From Chamaesiphon sp. (GTDB lineage: Bacteria > Cyanobacteriota > Cyanobacteriia > Cyanobacteriales > Chamaesiphonaceae), in contig CBDFFH010000039.1 in assembly GCA_965246715.1 (NCBI GenBank), forward strand, positions 1-64,000: a DNA stretch of 64,000 nucleotides, read 5' to 3'. The notes beneath the pieces were generated by a model. It was not told the origin of the DNA. It did no database searches and was given only the letters and a program-made list of their open reading frames with translations. A program made the position numbers and the translations under genes. Positions 30,193-39,520 of the stretch are shown piece by piece (within the stretch, counting starts at the first letter, position 1; the number at the start of each line of letters is the position of its first letter).

Positions 30193-31589
30193 TTATCGAT
30201 TTCTCGCTGGAGTCCGCTCACCTCGTTCTAACTTAACTTGCAGACGACTTAATCCATACCAAAATATAGTTCCAAAGACAACTATACCGATCGAGATCTG
30301 GGCGATAAGTAACGAATTCGCACCACCTCTTAATGCGACGATCGAACTAACAGCCCAAGCTATTAGTGAAATAATTGCGATCGCTTGGCGGGCAACCTGG
30401 ATATTTTCCCAAGCAGCATGACAGCTATGACAATTCTCGGTATGCGAATGATATCGATCGAGTAATTTTTCGGTTGCTAATGGTGGATAAAAAGGCTGTC
30501 CAGGGAAGGGATCGGATTGAAGTTGATTTACCCATTGACGGTATTCAAATACAAATCGATCGGCTTTAGTCGGTAAATAAAATACTTGACTGAAATCCTC
30601 ACTCCCACCACTTTGTGCGAGGTAGCGTTCTTGATAGTGGAGAAAAATTTGGTCGTCTTCTAAGATTGCATTATTATTAATGTGCGAATACCATTTGGGC
30701 GTAGCACCGATAAAAAATGCTGGCAGTTTACTAGCAAATTTAAACGGAAATCTCGCAAACAATCGACATTCACCTTTGCGTGTAGGCGTTGCATAAACGA
30801 CCGTAATTGTCTCGCCTAATTGCTTCGAGGTGAGTTCGTGCCACATCAAACACGGCGCGATAAACGTCGTGTTCTGTCTGCCCAATGTGCCCTTGCGGGG
30901 GCCATCTGCCCAGGTACCTGTAAAGCCAGCTTTATCGGAAGTGAGGACTTCTAATTCTACTGAACTAGCATTCGATCGCTTGCCGACACTACCGTGATGG
31001 TGTAAGGTAAATGACTCGGATCGAGAACATTTTCTAGTAAAGTCAGCGCGTCATACGGTAAATCGCGGAAAGTATTGAGCATCACCCAGCCATCCTGTGG
31101 CACACCCGTCGCGGACATGGGCACCGGAATCGTCGGAACGGGCGTATTTGCGGCCTTCTCGTGCGTGCCAGGATAAATGAAGAGTAATCCCTGTCGTATA
31201 GCAGTTGGTAACGACTTAATGCAAGCACGGCGAGATGTTTCAGCTTGAGCGTCAGGCAATTGTTGCGGAATTCGATCGCAAGTACCAGCTCCAGTAAATG
31301 CCCAGCCATGATAGGGACACTCTAATAAGCCATCTTCAGCGATCCGCCCTTCGGATAGTCTCGCCAATCGGTGGGGACACTTATCGTCAAATGCGCGCCA
31401 TTCCTTGGCATGTGTGTCCCACCAGATGACTAAATCACGATCGAGTAAGGTAAATGGTGTCGGCTGAGATTTATCCAGATCCTCGACATAATATACCGGA
31501 TACCAAGCCTCGATCGGGTCGAATCGGCTCGGATCGTCGCCACCTGGCATAATTTGCGTCAGATCGTCTGTTGCTACTGCTGTTGTCAT
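30193..31589 (-). pseudogene. Rieske 2Fe-2S oxygenase (pheophorbide a oxygenase-like), single frameshift near 31000
   Basis: CPHRLA...CPYHGW Rieske motif and ENVLDPSH; adding one base at ACC^AT restores PYTHHGSVGKRS...GRQNTTFIAP in frame with the 30193-30885 ORF; may be a sequencing error. Confidence 0.85.
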
Positions 31590-31605
31590 AGTCGATGCTT
31601 AGTGC

Positions 31606-31668
31606 AACTGATTTGCGTTACAGTTCTTTACATCTAAGATAACAATTGTTAACTAGTCGGTGCAAGGT
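31606..31668. repeat. Direct repeat B, copy 1 (Rieske gene upstream region)
   Basis: 63 bp matching 33313-33375 (39 of the first 44 nt identical by eye). Confidence 0.8.
31617..31634. promoter_or_regulatory. HLR1 (RpaB-binding)-like direct repeat
   Basis: GTTACAGT-TC-TTTACATC vs (G/T)TTACA(T/A)(T/A)-N2 repeat, 2 mismatches. Confidence 0.5.
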
Positions 31669-32621
31669 CATTCGGTTGCGGGCATTTCGCTAAAAGTGCG
31701 GATGGTAGCTGGCAATTCCAGCTCATCAGCCAGAAGATCGATCCCATCGATAATTCGATCGCGTCGATCGATCGCCAAAGACCGATAACATCGATCGCGC
31801 CAATCGCTATTTATTTGAAATCTTGCCAGTGCTTTGAGAAGTGCAGGTCTTACTTGGTAAGCTGTTTCTGCCTTATCTATGCCTACACTTAATAATGATG
31901 ATTTCAATCTTAATGCACTCAGATCGATTATATCTCTCGATCGAGTACCTTCATCAGCCCATCGATCTGCATTTGCCAGCAGTTTCTCAGCCCAACAATC
32001 TACTATCGATAAGCAAGGCACTGGTGACCATTCAGGATAATTGGCCTCGGCTATTTCGATGCGACTTTCAACAATAATTTCAAATTTAATCGTGTTATTA
32101 TCGACCTCAATTGGAAATCTCACACCATAACCATCTGCTTGAATCGATCGGGGAAATTGGAGTCGATTTGTAGACTCGAACAAGAGGTCGTAGCCACGAT
32201 CTGCGATCGATCTGCGTAATTGTCGATAACCATCACTATTAGTCAGAAAGTCAATATCTTGGCTGAGCCGATGTTCGTCACACATCAAACTAACTAGTGT
32301 CCCACCGCCGAAGTAAATCCCCGCTGCTTGAAAAAATTCACTCCGCAATGACTGAAGTACTAATAAAATCGATTCGTGCCATTGATGTTTCATCATCGAT
32401 CGATCCTTTAGTTCCACCTCAGACAGCAGCCACGATCCAGATTCAGAGCTGAGATCGCGAATGAACTGCCATTCTGCTGCATTAGGTCGAGCGAGTACAT
32501 TCAGATGTCTCCAGCCACGTTCGTAAGTTTGGAGAATTTCCGATCGAGTCATTCGATCTACATCGGCTATTTGCCAACATAGGGCATTGAGAAAGGGTAA
32601 TTTATCGCTCGTGTGCTTCAT
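31668..32621 (-). CDS. AbiEii/AbiGii-family nucleotidyltransferase toxin fused to an N-terminal ~70-aa putative antitoxin domain
   Basis: YFGGGT, RLSQDIDF, ADGYGVR, KFEI, EKLLANADR, RDIIDL; N-terminal LPFL..LCWQ...YERGW...GSWL. Confidence 0.8.
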   Translation of the reverse strand: MKHTSDKLPFLNALCWQIADVDRMTRSEILQTYERGWRHLNVLARPNAAEWQFIRDLSSESGSWLLSEVELKDRSMMKHQWHESILLVLQSLRSEFFQAAGIYFGGGTLVSLMCDEHRLSQDIDFLTNSDGYRQLRRSIADRGYDLLFESTNRLQFPRSIQADGYGVRFPIEVDNNTIKFEIIVESRIEIAEANYPEWSPVPCLSIVDCWAEKLLANADRWADEGTRSRDIIDLSALRLKSSLLSVGIDKAETAYQVRPALLKALARFQINSDWRDRCYRSLAIDRRDRIIDGIDLLADELELPATIRTFSEMPATE

Positions 32622-32662
32622 GCGATCGAAGATTCATTCTGTTAACCAATCAAAAAGATCGC

Positions 32663-32717
32663 CTATTAAAATTTTAAGTTATTACGTCTCCACCCACACC
32701 GATCGATTTCTGTCGTC
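32663..32717. repeat. Direct repeat A, copy 1 (promoter-like)
   Basis: 50/55 identical to 33184-33238; minus-strand TAAAAT/TAGAAT -10-like hexamer. Confidence 0.85.
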
Positions 32718-32719
32718 GA

Positions 32720-32829
32720 TCGACATCCAGCCAATTCATCGATGTTCGAATACATTGGACTGAAATTAAGAAGATAACAATCGATCGTCTATTTCAGGTA
32801 TGGGTATCTAGCACAATTATTTCAGACAT
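32720..32829 (-). pseudogene. Remnant of VapC/PIN toxin
   Basis: ATG overlapping the antitoxin end encodes MSEIIVLDTHT* (PIN LDTH motif); the body is deleted. Confidence 0.6.
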
Positions 32830-33101
32830 TCCCAATCCTGTTCGTCAACAATCGGGCTGACAATATCCCCCAGCGTTTTTCCCTTACCAGCGATTAAGGG
32901 GGATGTAGTGCGGCGTTTTGTTGAAGGATTGGGAGCATTGTTACCTACCGTTCCTGCTTCAGCTTGGTTTGCGGCTGCGTAGCTGCTACCGAGAGAACGA
33001 ATAAAATCTAAAAGGCTTAGTTGTATTGGTTCGGGAATTTTTTCTAGTTCCCGAACGATCGACTCGATCGGGGAGCTTCCGCTTTGCGGGGTTGTATTCA
33101 T
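32817..33101 (-). CDS. DUF2281/VapB-like antitoxin
   Basis: IVRELEKIPE...LLDFIRSL N-terminus; GKTLGDIVSPIVDEQDWE C-terminus; overlaps the PIN remnant. Confidence 0.65.
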   Translation of the reverse strand: MNTTPQSGSSPIESIVRELEKIPEPIQLSLLDFIRSLGSSYAAANQAEAGTVGNNAPNPSTKRRTTSPLIAGKGKTLGDIVSPIVDEQDWECLK

Positions 33102-33183
33102 CGTACGATCGAGAAGACTGAGTATAATTCAAGTCTATCACTCTCACATTTGGGCAACAAGACATGAGGCAGAATTCACTTGT

Positions 33184-33238
33184 CTATTAAAATTCTAAGT
33201 TATTGTTTCTCCACCCACGCCGATCGATTTCTGTCGTC
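33184..33238. repeat. Direct repeat A, copy 2
   Basis: See 32663-32717. Confidence 0.85.
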
Positions 33239-33312
33239 AAGCCAATAAATAGCGATCTCGTTTACCGAAATCGATCGTAAGATGAATTCAAATTCTTACT
33301 CAGACTTGATTT

Positions 33313-33375
33313 AACTGATTTGTATTACAGTTCTCCACATCTAAGCTAACAATTGTCTACATTCGATCGCAAGGT
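33313..33375. repeat. Direct repeat B, copy 2 (decayed)
   Basis: See 31606-31668. Confidence 0.8.
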
Positions 33376-33378
33376 TGT

Positions 33379-33888
33379 TTAGGCTGCCGAGCTAAAAACT
33401 CTGTTAACTACTTCCTGAGCATATCCGTTGTGTTCCCATGCACCTGTAACTGTTCCCGCAACACCTACAATCAGAAAACCCAAAACAGGAATCTGTTGCA
33501 ACTTTTTGAACTCGGCAATCTGGTAGCACCGACAATCCCTTGTTGATACGAGTCGTGCCCAATGTTCGCAATTGAAGCGAAACAGTTCATACTGCCAGTT
33601 TTGATGAAACTTTTTCAGGGAAATGTGCAATGCCTTCTTAATCTGTGCCCTTCCCTGCTGCTGTGTTCGATCGGGTTGAAAGTGATTCCAATCGATCGAC
33701 CAAACTGCTAGTCTGCCAGTATCTTTTTGCCTACCACCATGAATAGGTTCCCATGCTAAAGAATCGAAATCATTGAGTTGTAAGGAATAATGCAAGATAT
33801 TGGGATTTTGACGATCTCGATGTTGTAGTAGTCGTCCGTAGTCTGGATGAGAGCAATTAACTTCGATTAGGTTATGAAGATCGGGCAT
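33379..33888 (-). CDS. LRAT/NC-domain (permuted NlpC/P60) family protein
   Basis: YELFRFNCEHWARLV motif; C-terminal hydrophobic segment. Confidence 0.6.
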   Translation of the reverse strand: MPDLHNLIEVNCSHPDYGRLLQHRDRQNPNILHYSLQLNDFDSLAWEPIHGGRQKDTGRLAVWSIDWNHFQPDRTQQQGRAQIKKALHISLKKFHQNWQYELFRFNCEHWARLVSTRDCRCYQIAEFKKLQQIPVLGFLIVGVAGTVTGAWEHNGYAQEVVNRVFSSAA

Positions 33889-33900
33889 AATTTAGTTTCT

Positions 33901-33930
33901 GAAAGGTAAGCTCGATCGAGCTTACCTTTC
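33901..33930. terminator. Perfect 30-bp palindrome after ctaE
   Basis: GAAAGGTAAGCTCGA|TCGAGCTTACCTTTC. Confidence 0.65.
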
Positions 33931-33958
33931 TAATCTTACTGTTGAGTTACGATATGCA

Positions 33959-34576
33959 TTACAACAAATACAACAGGATAAATAAGATAATCCAAATTAC
34001 ATCGACGAAGTGCCAATAAATTTCTGCTGCTTCGACACCGAAATGGTTATTTGTACCGTAATGTTCGGGTTTAAGCGATCGCCACAATACCGATAAAATC
34101 AACAATACGCCCACAGTAACGTGCAAGCCGTGGAAACCAGTCAATACATAGAACGTACTTGCAAATAGATTCGTCCGCAGGGCAAATTCTAAGTGGCTAT
34201 ATTCATACAACTGACCGCCCAAGAATAATATCCCCATTAAAGCCGTCAGTCCAAACCACAATTGCAGTCCTCTCACATCATTTTTCTTAATCGCGGTATC
34301 AGCCTGATGGATGACCAAACTACTAGCAATTAGGACGCAGGTATTGATCCCTGGCAGCATGAGTTCGAGCTTGGGGGTACCTGCTGGTGGCCATTCTGGA
34401 GCCATCGCGCGGAACGCCAGATAAGCAATAAACAAGCCGAGGAAAATCATTCCCTCAGCAACTAGAAAGACGAGTAACCCAAAAATTCGATGATCGGGAT
34501 GCGCTTCGTGATGGCTACCATGTTCGGATTCGGCAGCAATATTAATCTGCGTTTGGTCGGAGATAGATCCTTGCAT
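33959..34576 (-). CDS. ctaE: Cytochrome c oxidase subunit III
   Basis: FLVAEGMIF, TGFHGLHV, YWHFVDVIW. Confidence 0.95.
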   Translation of the reverse strand: MQGSISDQTQINIAAESEHGSHHEAHPDHRIFGLLVFLVAEGMIFLGLFIAYLAFRAMAPEWPPAGTPKLELMLPGINTCVLIASSLVIHQADTAIKKNDVRGLQLWFGLTALMGILFLGGQLYEYSHLEFALRTNLFASTFYVLTGFHGLHVTVGVLLILSVLWRSLKPEHYGTNNHFGVEAAEIYWHFVDVIWIILFILLYLL

Positions 34577-34670
34577 ATTTAGTAATTAATTATGGGGTGA
34601 TAATCTAGGTCTATGTCGTTCTGCGCTCGATGATAAATTTGGATGAGTGAATTTAGGAAATCGATATGGA

Positions 34671-34843
34671 TTAGCTACCTAGAAATGCCTACGATTAAAA
34701 TCGTGGCTAATGTTGCAAAGTCCGGTTGTTGCCGCGAGCGGCAAAATCCCGCCTTCTCGGACTAGTTTATTAGTCCGCGAAGGCGGACTTTGCACTATGA
34801 GCAGCGGTTTCTAACCGCTGAGGTTATGGGTAGCAACTTGGGT
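34671..34843. mobile_element. REPIN-containing MITE-like element with hairpin insert
   Basis: Right end GGTAGCAACTTGGGT; core nearly identical to 30049-30127 (reverse complement). Confidence 0.7.
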
Positions 34844-34892
34844 AAATTAATACCAAAGATCGGGGCATGAAATAGCCCGATCTTTGGCTCTA

Positions 34893-36566
34893 TTAGCCTT
34901 TACCACTAGCAGTTAAAACCTTATCGTCAGATTTGGATTCCTGTTCAGACTCACCATATTCATAAGGGCCAGTAGTAAGGACGGGTAAGACCTCAAAATT
35001 CTCGATTTCTGGTGGTGAACTGGTTTGCCAATCTAGAGTTAGCGCATTCCAAGGATTGCTACCTGCGATATCACCTTTGAAGCAACAATAGATCGCGTTG
35101 ATGAGGAAAGGTACTGTCGAAATCGCTAGCACGTAACTACCGTAAGTACAGATTTGATTCAAACCCTGAAACTCTGGCGCGTACATCGCAATTCGACGCG
35201 GCATTCCTTGCAAGCCGAGGATATGCATTGGTAGGAAGGTCACGTTAAAACCAATGTAGGTAAGGGCGAAGTGAATCTTGCCCCAGGTATCATTGATGTG
35301 TCGTCCGGTGACTTTGGGGAACCAATGATATATGCCAGTGTAAATACCGAAGACGCTACCGCCGAATAATACGTAGTGCAAGTGGGCGACGACGAAGTAG
35401 GTATCGTGGACGTGGATGTCAAATGGCACTGCTGCCAGCATGACTCCGGTGATCCCACCGATGACGAAGGTGGAGATAAAGCCCATCGCAAAGAGCATCG
35501 GCGTGTTCAGGGTGATTTTCCCGCCCCACATCGTTGCTAACCAGCCAAAGATCTTGATCCCTGTCGGTACGGCAATGATCATCGTTGTGATCATAAAGAA
35601 CATCCGCAACCAGGGCGGAGTACCACTAGTAAACATGTGGTGCGCCCAGACGATCAAGCCTAAAAAACTAATCGCCATGCTCGAATAAGCGATCGCGCCG
35701 TAACCGAAAATTGGCTTACGACAATGCACGGGAATTACTTCAGAAATTACCCCAAAGAAGGGTAAGACCATAATATATACCGCTGGGTGCGAGTAGAACC
35801 AGAACATGTGCTGGTAGACTACGGGTTCGCCACCACCAGAGGGGTTGAAGAAGGAGGTTCCCGCAATCAGGTCGAATGAGAGTAAGATCAGCGCGCCAGC
35901 TAGTACTGGAGTAGCCAGCAGCATCAGTGCTGAAGTCGCCAACATCGCCCAGCAGAATAATGGCATCTGCATCATCGACATGCTCGGCACTCGCATCTTC
36001 AGAATCGTAGTGAAGAAGTTAATCCCACCCAAGATCGAAGATGTACCGAGTAATAACAAGCTCAAGATCCAAATTGCTTCACCAGCTTTGGGGCCGATTA
36101 AACTCAATGGTGGATAAGATGTCCAGCCAGCTTGAGCGGTGCCTGTGAAAAAGCTCGCCATTAGTAATAAACCAGCAGGCGGGATCAGCCAGAAGGCGAC
36201 GGCATTGAGCTTGGGAAATGCCATATCCCGCGCTCCAATCATCAGTGGGAGGAGATAATTCGCAAAGGCTCCTGTGCCAGCAGGAACGATCCACAGGAAG
36301 ATCATGATCGTCCCGTGCATGGTAAACATGCTGTTATATGTCGAGGGATCGACAAAATCGGAGTCGGGAGTGGCGAGTTCGGTTCTAATTCCTTCGGCGA
36401 GTAAGCCGCCAATAATATAGAAAATAAAACCAAGGCAGAAGTATTGAATCCCAATTACCTTGTGATCGGTACTGAATGAAAAATAGTCTTGCCAACGGCG
36501 GTGATGATAATTTGGTGCATCAGCTAGCTTTTCGGCTTGCTTTGGAATAGATAGTTCTGCTGTCAT
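34893..36566 (-). CDS. ctaD: Cytochrome c oxidase subunit I
   Basis: DHKVIG, TMHGTIM, FWFYSHPAVY, WAHHMF, HDTYFVVAHLHYV, GMPRR. Confidence 0.98.
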   Translation of the reverse strand: MTAELSIPKQAEKLADAPNYHHRRWQDYFSFSTDHKVIGIQYFCLGFIFYIIGGLLAEGIRTELATPDSDFVDPSTYNSMFTMHGTIMIFLWIVPAGTGAFANYLLPLMIGARDMAFPKLNAVAFWLIPPAGLLLMASFFTGTAQAGWTSYPPLSLIGPKAGEAIWILSLLLLGTSSILGGINFFTTILKMRVPSMSMMQMPLFCWAMLATSALMLLATPVLAGALILLSFDLIAGTSFFNPSGGGEPVVYQHMFWFYSHPAVYIMVLPFFGVISEVIPVHCRKPIFGYGAIAYSSMAISFLGLIVWAHHMFTSGTPPWLRMFFMITTMIIAVPTGIKIFGWLATMWGGKITLNTPMLFAMGFISTFVIGGITGVMLAAVPFDIHVHDTYFVVAHLHYVLFGGSVFGIYTGIYHWFPKVTGRHINDTWGKIHFALTYIGFNVTFLPMHILGLQGMPRRIAMYAPEFQGLNQICTYGSYVLAISTVPFLINAIYCCFKGDIAGSNPWNALTLDWQTSSPPEIENFEVLPVLTTGPYEYGESEQESKSDDKVLTASGKG

Positions 36567-36653
36567 AAGTCTTTGGTATAGCCTCTCTCAAGGAGAGCGA
36601 TATATATTTGTGGCGATTACTCAAGTGGTAATTTTATTAGAGATATAAATTTT

Positions 36654-36794
36654 GTAGGGTGGGCACTGTCTTGGCGCACATAATATAGGTCTGGAGCTAT
36701 TCTAGTCTCATGAATATTCGTAGCAGCTTAACTTATAGACATTGTTGAATTTCTAGCAAGCTCAAACTTAATCCGTGGGCATTGCCCACCCTAC
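36654..36794. repeat. GTAG-type REP pair in inverted orientation
   Basis: GTAGGGTGGGCA ... GGGCATTGCCCACCCTAC. Confidence 0.7.
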
Positions 36795-36819
36795 TTCTGT
36801 GGAGGTTCTCTCTTATCGA

Positions 36820-37824
36820 TTAGTGTTGGTGTTGGAGGTGATGAATCATCTCTGTCTCTACGCCCATTTCTTTGGCATAGGGAGCTAAATAAGCACCTGG
36901 AGAAAGATTGACTGGATTCATCGCGATCGTTTGTTTGACTACTTCAGCTTGTGCTTGGGTAGACTGTTGCTGACTAGCGATCCAGGTGTCGTATTCTTCA
37001 GGCGTATGTACGATCATCCGTGTCACCATCGAACCATGATAACCGCCACAGAGTTCGGCACATCTGAGCGGATAGTTACCTACTTTATTGGTGGTAAACC
37101 GCAGTTGAGTTTGAGTACCAGGGATGACATCTTGTTTGAGGCGCAATTCGGGAATCCAAACAGCGTGAATCACATCCTGCGCGTTCATGTTCAATTGGAC
37201 TTCTTTACCCACTGGGATATGCAACTCACCGGAAGTTACATTTGCTTCGGGATAAGTAAAAATCCAGGCATATTGTAGCCCCAAAACATTGACGCTAACT
37301 GCGGCAGGTTTACCTTGATTGGCTGGTGAAGCCCCAACACCAAGAACTGCCACTCGCTGTTCGAGTTTGGGTGCAGTCATCCCGTCCATACCATCCATCG
37401 TCGCGGCCATCGCACTGCCTTTACCAGCAGGCATTCCGTGCATGGCGTGCATTCCATCGGCAGCAGGATCGAACCCGCCCATTTCATTATAGATTTCAAA
37501 ACTGTAAATCGAAATCCATAACACGATCGCCGCAGGAATTGCCGTCCACAGGATTTCTAACGGTACGTTACCTTCTACCGCCGAACCATCGCCGAGTTCT
37601 CCAGGTCTGCGCCGAAACTTAACCGCGCAATAGACGATCAGACCTTGGACTCCCAGGAATAACCCGACAGAAATCGTCATCATGGCATTGAATAAACCAT
37701 CGACGTGGGTGGCTTCTTCCGAGACCGCAGCAGGCATTAATCCGTGATTTTGTCCGTACCAGAGACTGACTAAAGTTAGCCCGACGCCCAGCAGGAGGGT
37801 GATAATTGAGCTAGGAATATTCAT
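36820..37824 (-). CDS. ctaC: Cytochrome c oxidase subunit II
   Basis: LEILWTAIP, QYAW, DVIHA, CuA motif CAELCGGYHGSM. Confidence 0.97.
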   Translation of the reverse strand: MNIPSSIITLLLGVGLTLVSLWYGQNHGLMPAAVSEEATHVDGLFNAMMTISVGLFLGVQGLIVYCAVKFRRRPGELGDGSAVEGNVPLEILWTAIPAAIVLWISIYSFEIYNEMGGFDPAADGMHAMHGMPAGKGSAMAATMDGMDGMTAPKLEQRVAVLGVGASPANQGKPAAVSVNVLGLQYAWIFTYPEANVTSGELHIPVGKEVQLNMNAQDVIHAVWIPELRLKQDVIPGTQTQLRFTTNKVGNYPLRCAELCGGYHGSMVTRMIVHTPEEYDTWIASQQQSTQAQAEVVKQTIAMNPVNLSPGAYLAPYAKEMGVETEMIHHLQHQH

Positions 37825-38457
37825 GGATTGTTGAATGGATAAGAAAGGAACTAGGGTCTAGGCTGTGAGCGAGTAGATTCAGCGTCGAGCGGAACCTAAA
37901 CATGTAGGGGATATCAGTATATGGGTTGATGCTAGCTCTAGACGATACCCGTCTAGAGCTAACTTTAGAACTATCTTCGACCCAGTTTGGTTAATGGCTA
38001 AAATAATAATTGCAGTTTAGCGTTCGAGACAGTCATGTCTGTCACCTTTACTAAGGTACCGTAGGCAATTGGGTCGATCGGCACTTCTTGAGATTTCTTC
38101 AGATTTTCTTAGGAATTGCCGCAGATATCCTTGCTCTAATCCCTAAATATCTTAACAAATCTAATCTTTAAGTATTTCTTTGGGATCTAGGTAAATCGAC
38201 GGTAAAACGCTGACAGAGTAAGGGTTAATCCAATTTGCTCCCCTCTAACATCAGGCGATTGCGACCAACACCAGACTAGGTATTAATGCTAGTTTGGGAA
38301 GGATTAGTCAAACTAGCACGAAAATAATCGCTAAGACATCACTTTAGTCAAGTTAGCTTTGCGCTCTTTCTCTAGGTGTAACTGGCAACCTCTCCGCATC
38401 GCTATTCGGGCGGCGGCAATGCTCGATTACCTAGTTAACTACATGTTCGATTGCCAT

Positions 38458-39456
38458 ATGTCCAACCCTGTATTCAGCCACAAATTCTCTACCAGCGATC
38501 CAGGATTTCTGCCAGAGGTCAATACCCCCGATCTCGATCGACAGCAGGTTCGTCGCCTAGTTTGGAAAATCTCCTTTGCCACTTTGCTGCTGATGGCAGT
38601 TGGCAGTGCCACGCGAGTGATGAATGCTGGCTTGGCTTGCCCCGACTGGCCATTATGTTATGGGCAACTAGTTCCGACTCAGCAGATGAATCTTCAGGTA
38701 TTTTTAGAGTGGTTTCATCGTCTAGATGCTGGATTAATCGGCCTGAGTACACTGCTTTTAGCGGGATTATCCTGGTGGAAACGCCAAACACTCCCCCATT
38801 GGCTCCCGTGGGCGGCAACTTTTGCGCTGAGTTTAATTGTAGTGCAAGGTGGCTTGGGTGCATTGACCGTGACAGAACTACTGCGGTTCGATATCGTTAC
38901 CGCTCACCTCGGCACGGCACTGTTATTTTTTAGTACACTGTTAGTCATTGGTACGTGTTTACTGCCAATCGATCGACAAGCCACAACCCCAGCAAGTGGT
39001 AAGACAGTAGCTTGGCTGTCCTTAACCGCTGCGATTTTTGTCTACATTCAAAGTATCATCGGTGGTTTGGTCGGTTCGCGATGGGCATTACATCAATGTT
39101 TCGGCAACTCCGAGCTGTGTATGGTGATGAATAGTCATATCATTGGTGTCGTGCCTGCAACACTAAGCTCGATCGCCGTTATATTCGCACTCTGGCGCAA
39201 TCCAACCTTCCCTAAATATTATCGTCAGCTCGCGACGATCGCGGGTAGTTTATTAATCATCCAAATCCTGTTGGGTGTTGCTACCTTCAAACTCCACTTG
39301 CAAGTCGCACCCCTGACAGTCATCCATCAATCAGTCGGCGCGATGTTACTCGGTACGTTGGTCGTACTCACCGTTTTGTTATGGCGGTCGCTCGCTCGGA
39401 TCTCCACGCTAACGGAGGCTGAAGCAAGAGAAGCACCGCTGTTAACCAAAGCCTAA
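38458..39456 (+). CDS. ctaA: Heme A synthase (COX15/CtaA)
   Basis: AGLACPDWPLCYG, EWFHR, VTAHL; start uncertain (ORF track 38359). Confidence 0.92.
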   Translation: MSNPVFSHKFSTSDPGFLPEVNTPDLDRQQVRRLVWKISFATLLLMAVGSATRVMNAGLACPDWPLCYGQLVPTQQMNLQVFLEWFHRLDAGLIGLSTLLLAGLSWWKRQTLPHWLPWAATFALSLIVVQGGLGALTVTELLRFDIVTAHLGTALLFFSTLLVIGTCLLPIDRQATTPASGKTVAWLSLTAAIFVYIQSIIGGLVGSRWALHQCFGNSELCMVMNSHIIGVVPATLSSIAVIFALWRNPTFPKYYRQLATIAGSLLIIQILLGVATFKLHLQVAPLTVIHQSVGAMLLGTLVVLTVLLWRSLARISTLTEAEAREAPLLTKA

Positions 39457-39520
39457 GCTGCGATCGAATCCAAAGTTTTTCCGCTTTTAGCTCCAAAATA
39501 TTTATTTTAAATCCCCCGAC

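Noticed and set aside
30990..31005. Programmed ribosomal frameshift in the Rieske gene
   Set aside because: No slippery sequence or stimulatory structure; a simple 1-bp deletion explains it.
31606..33900. True integron with attC sites
   Set aside because: No tyrosine integrase in the window, and the repeats lack the RYYYAAC...GTTRRRY attC palindrome.
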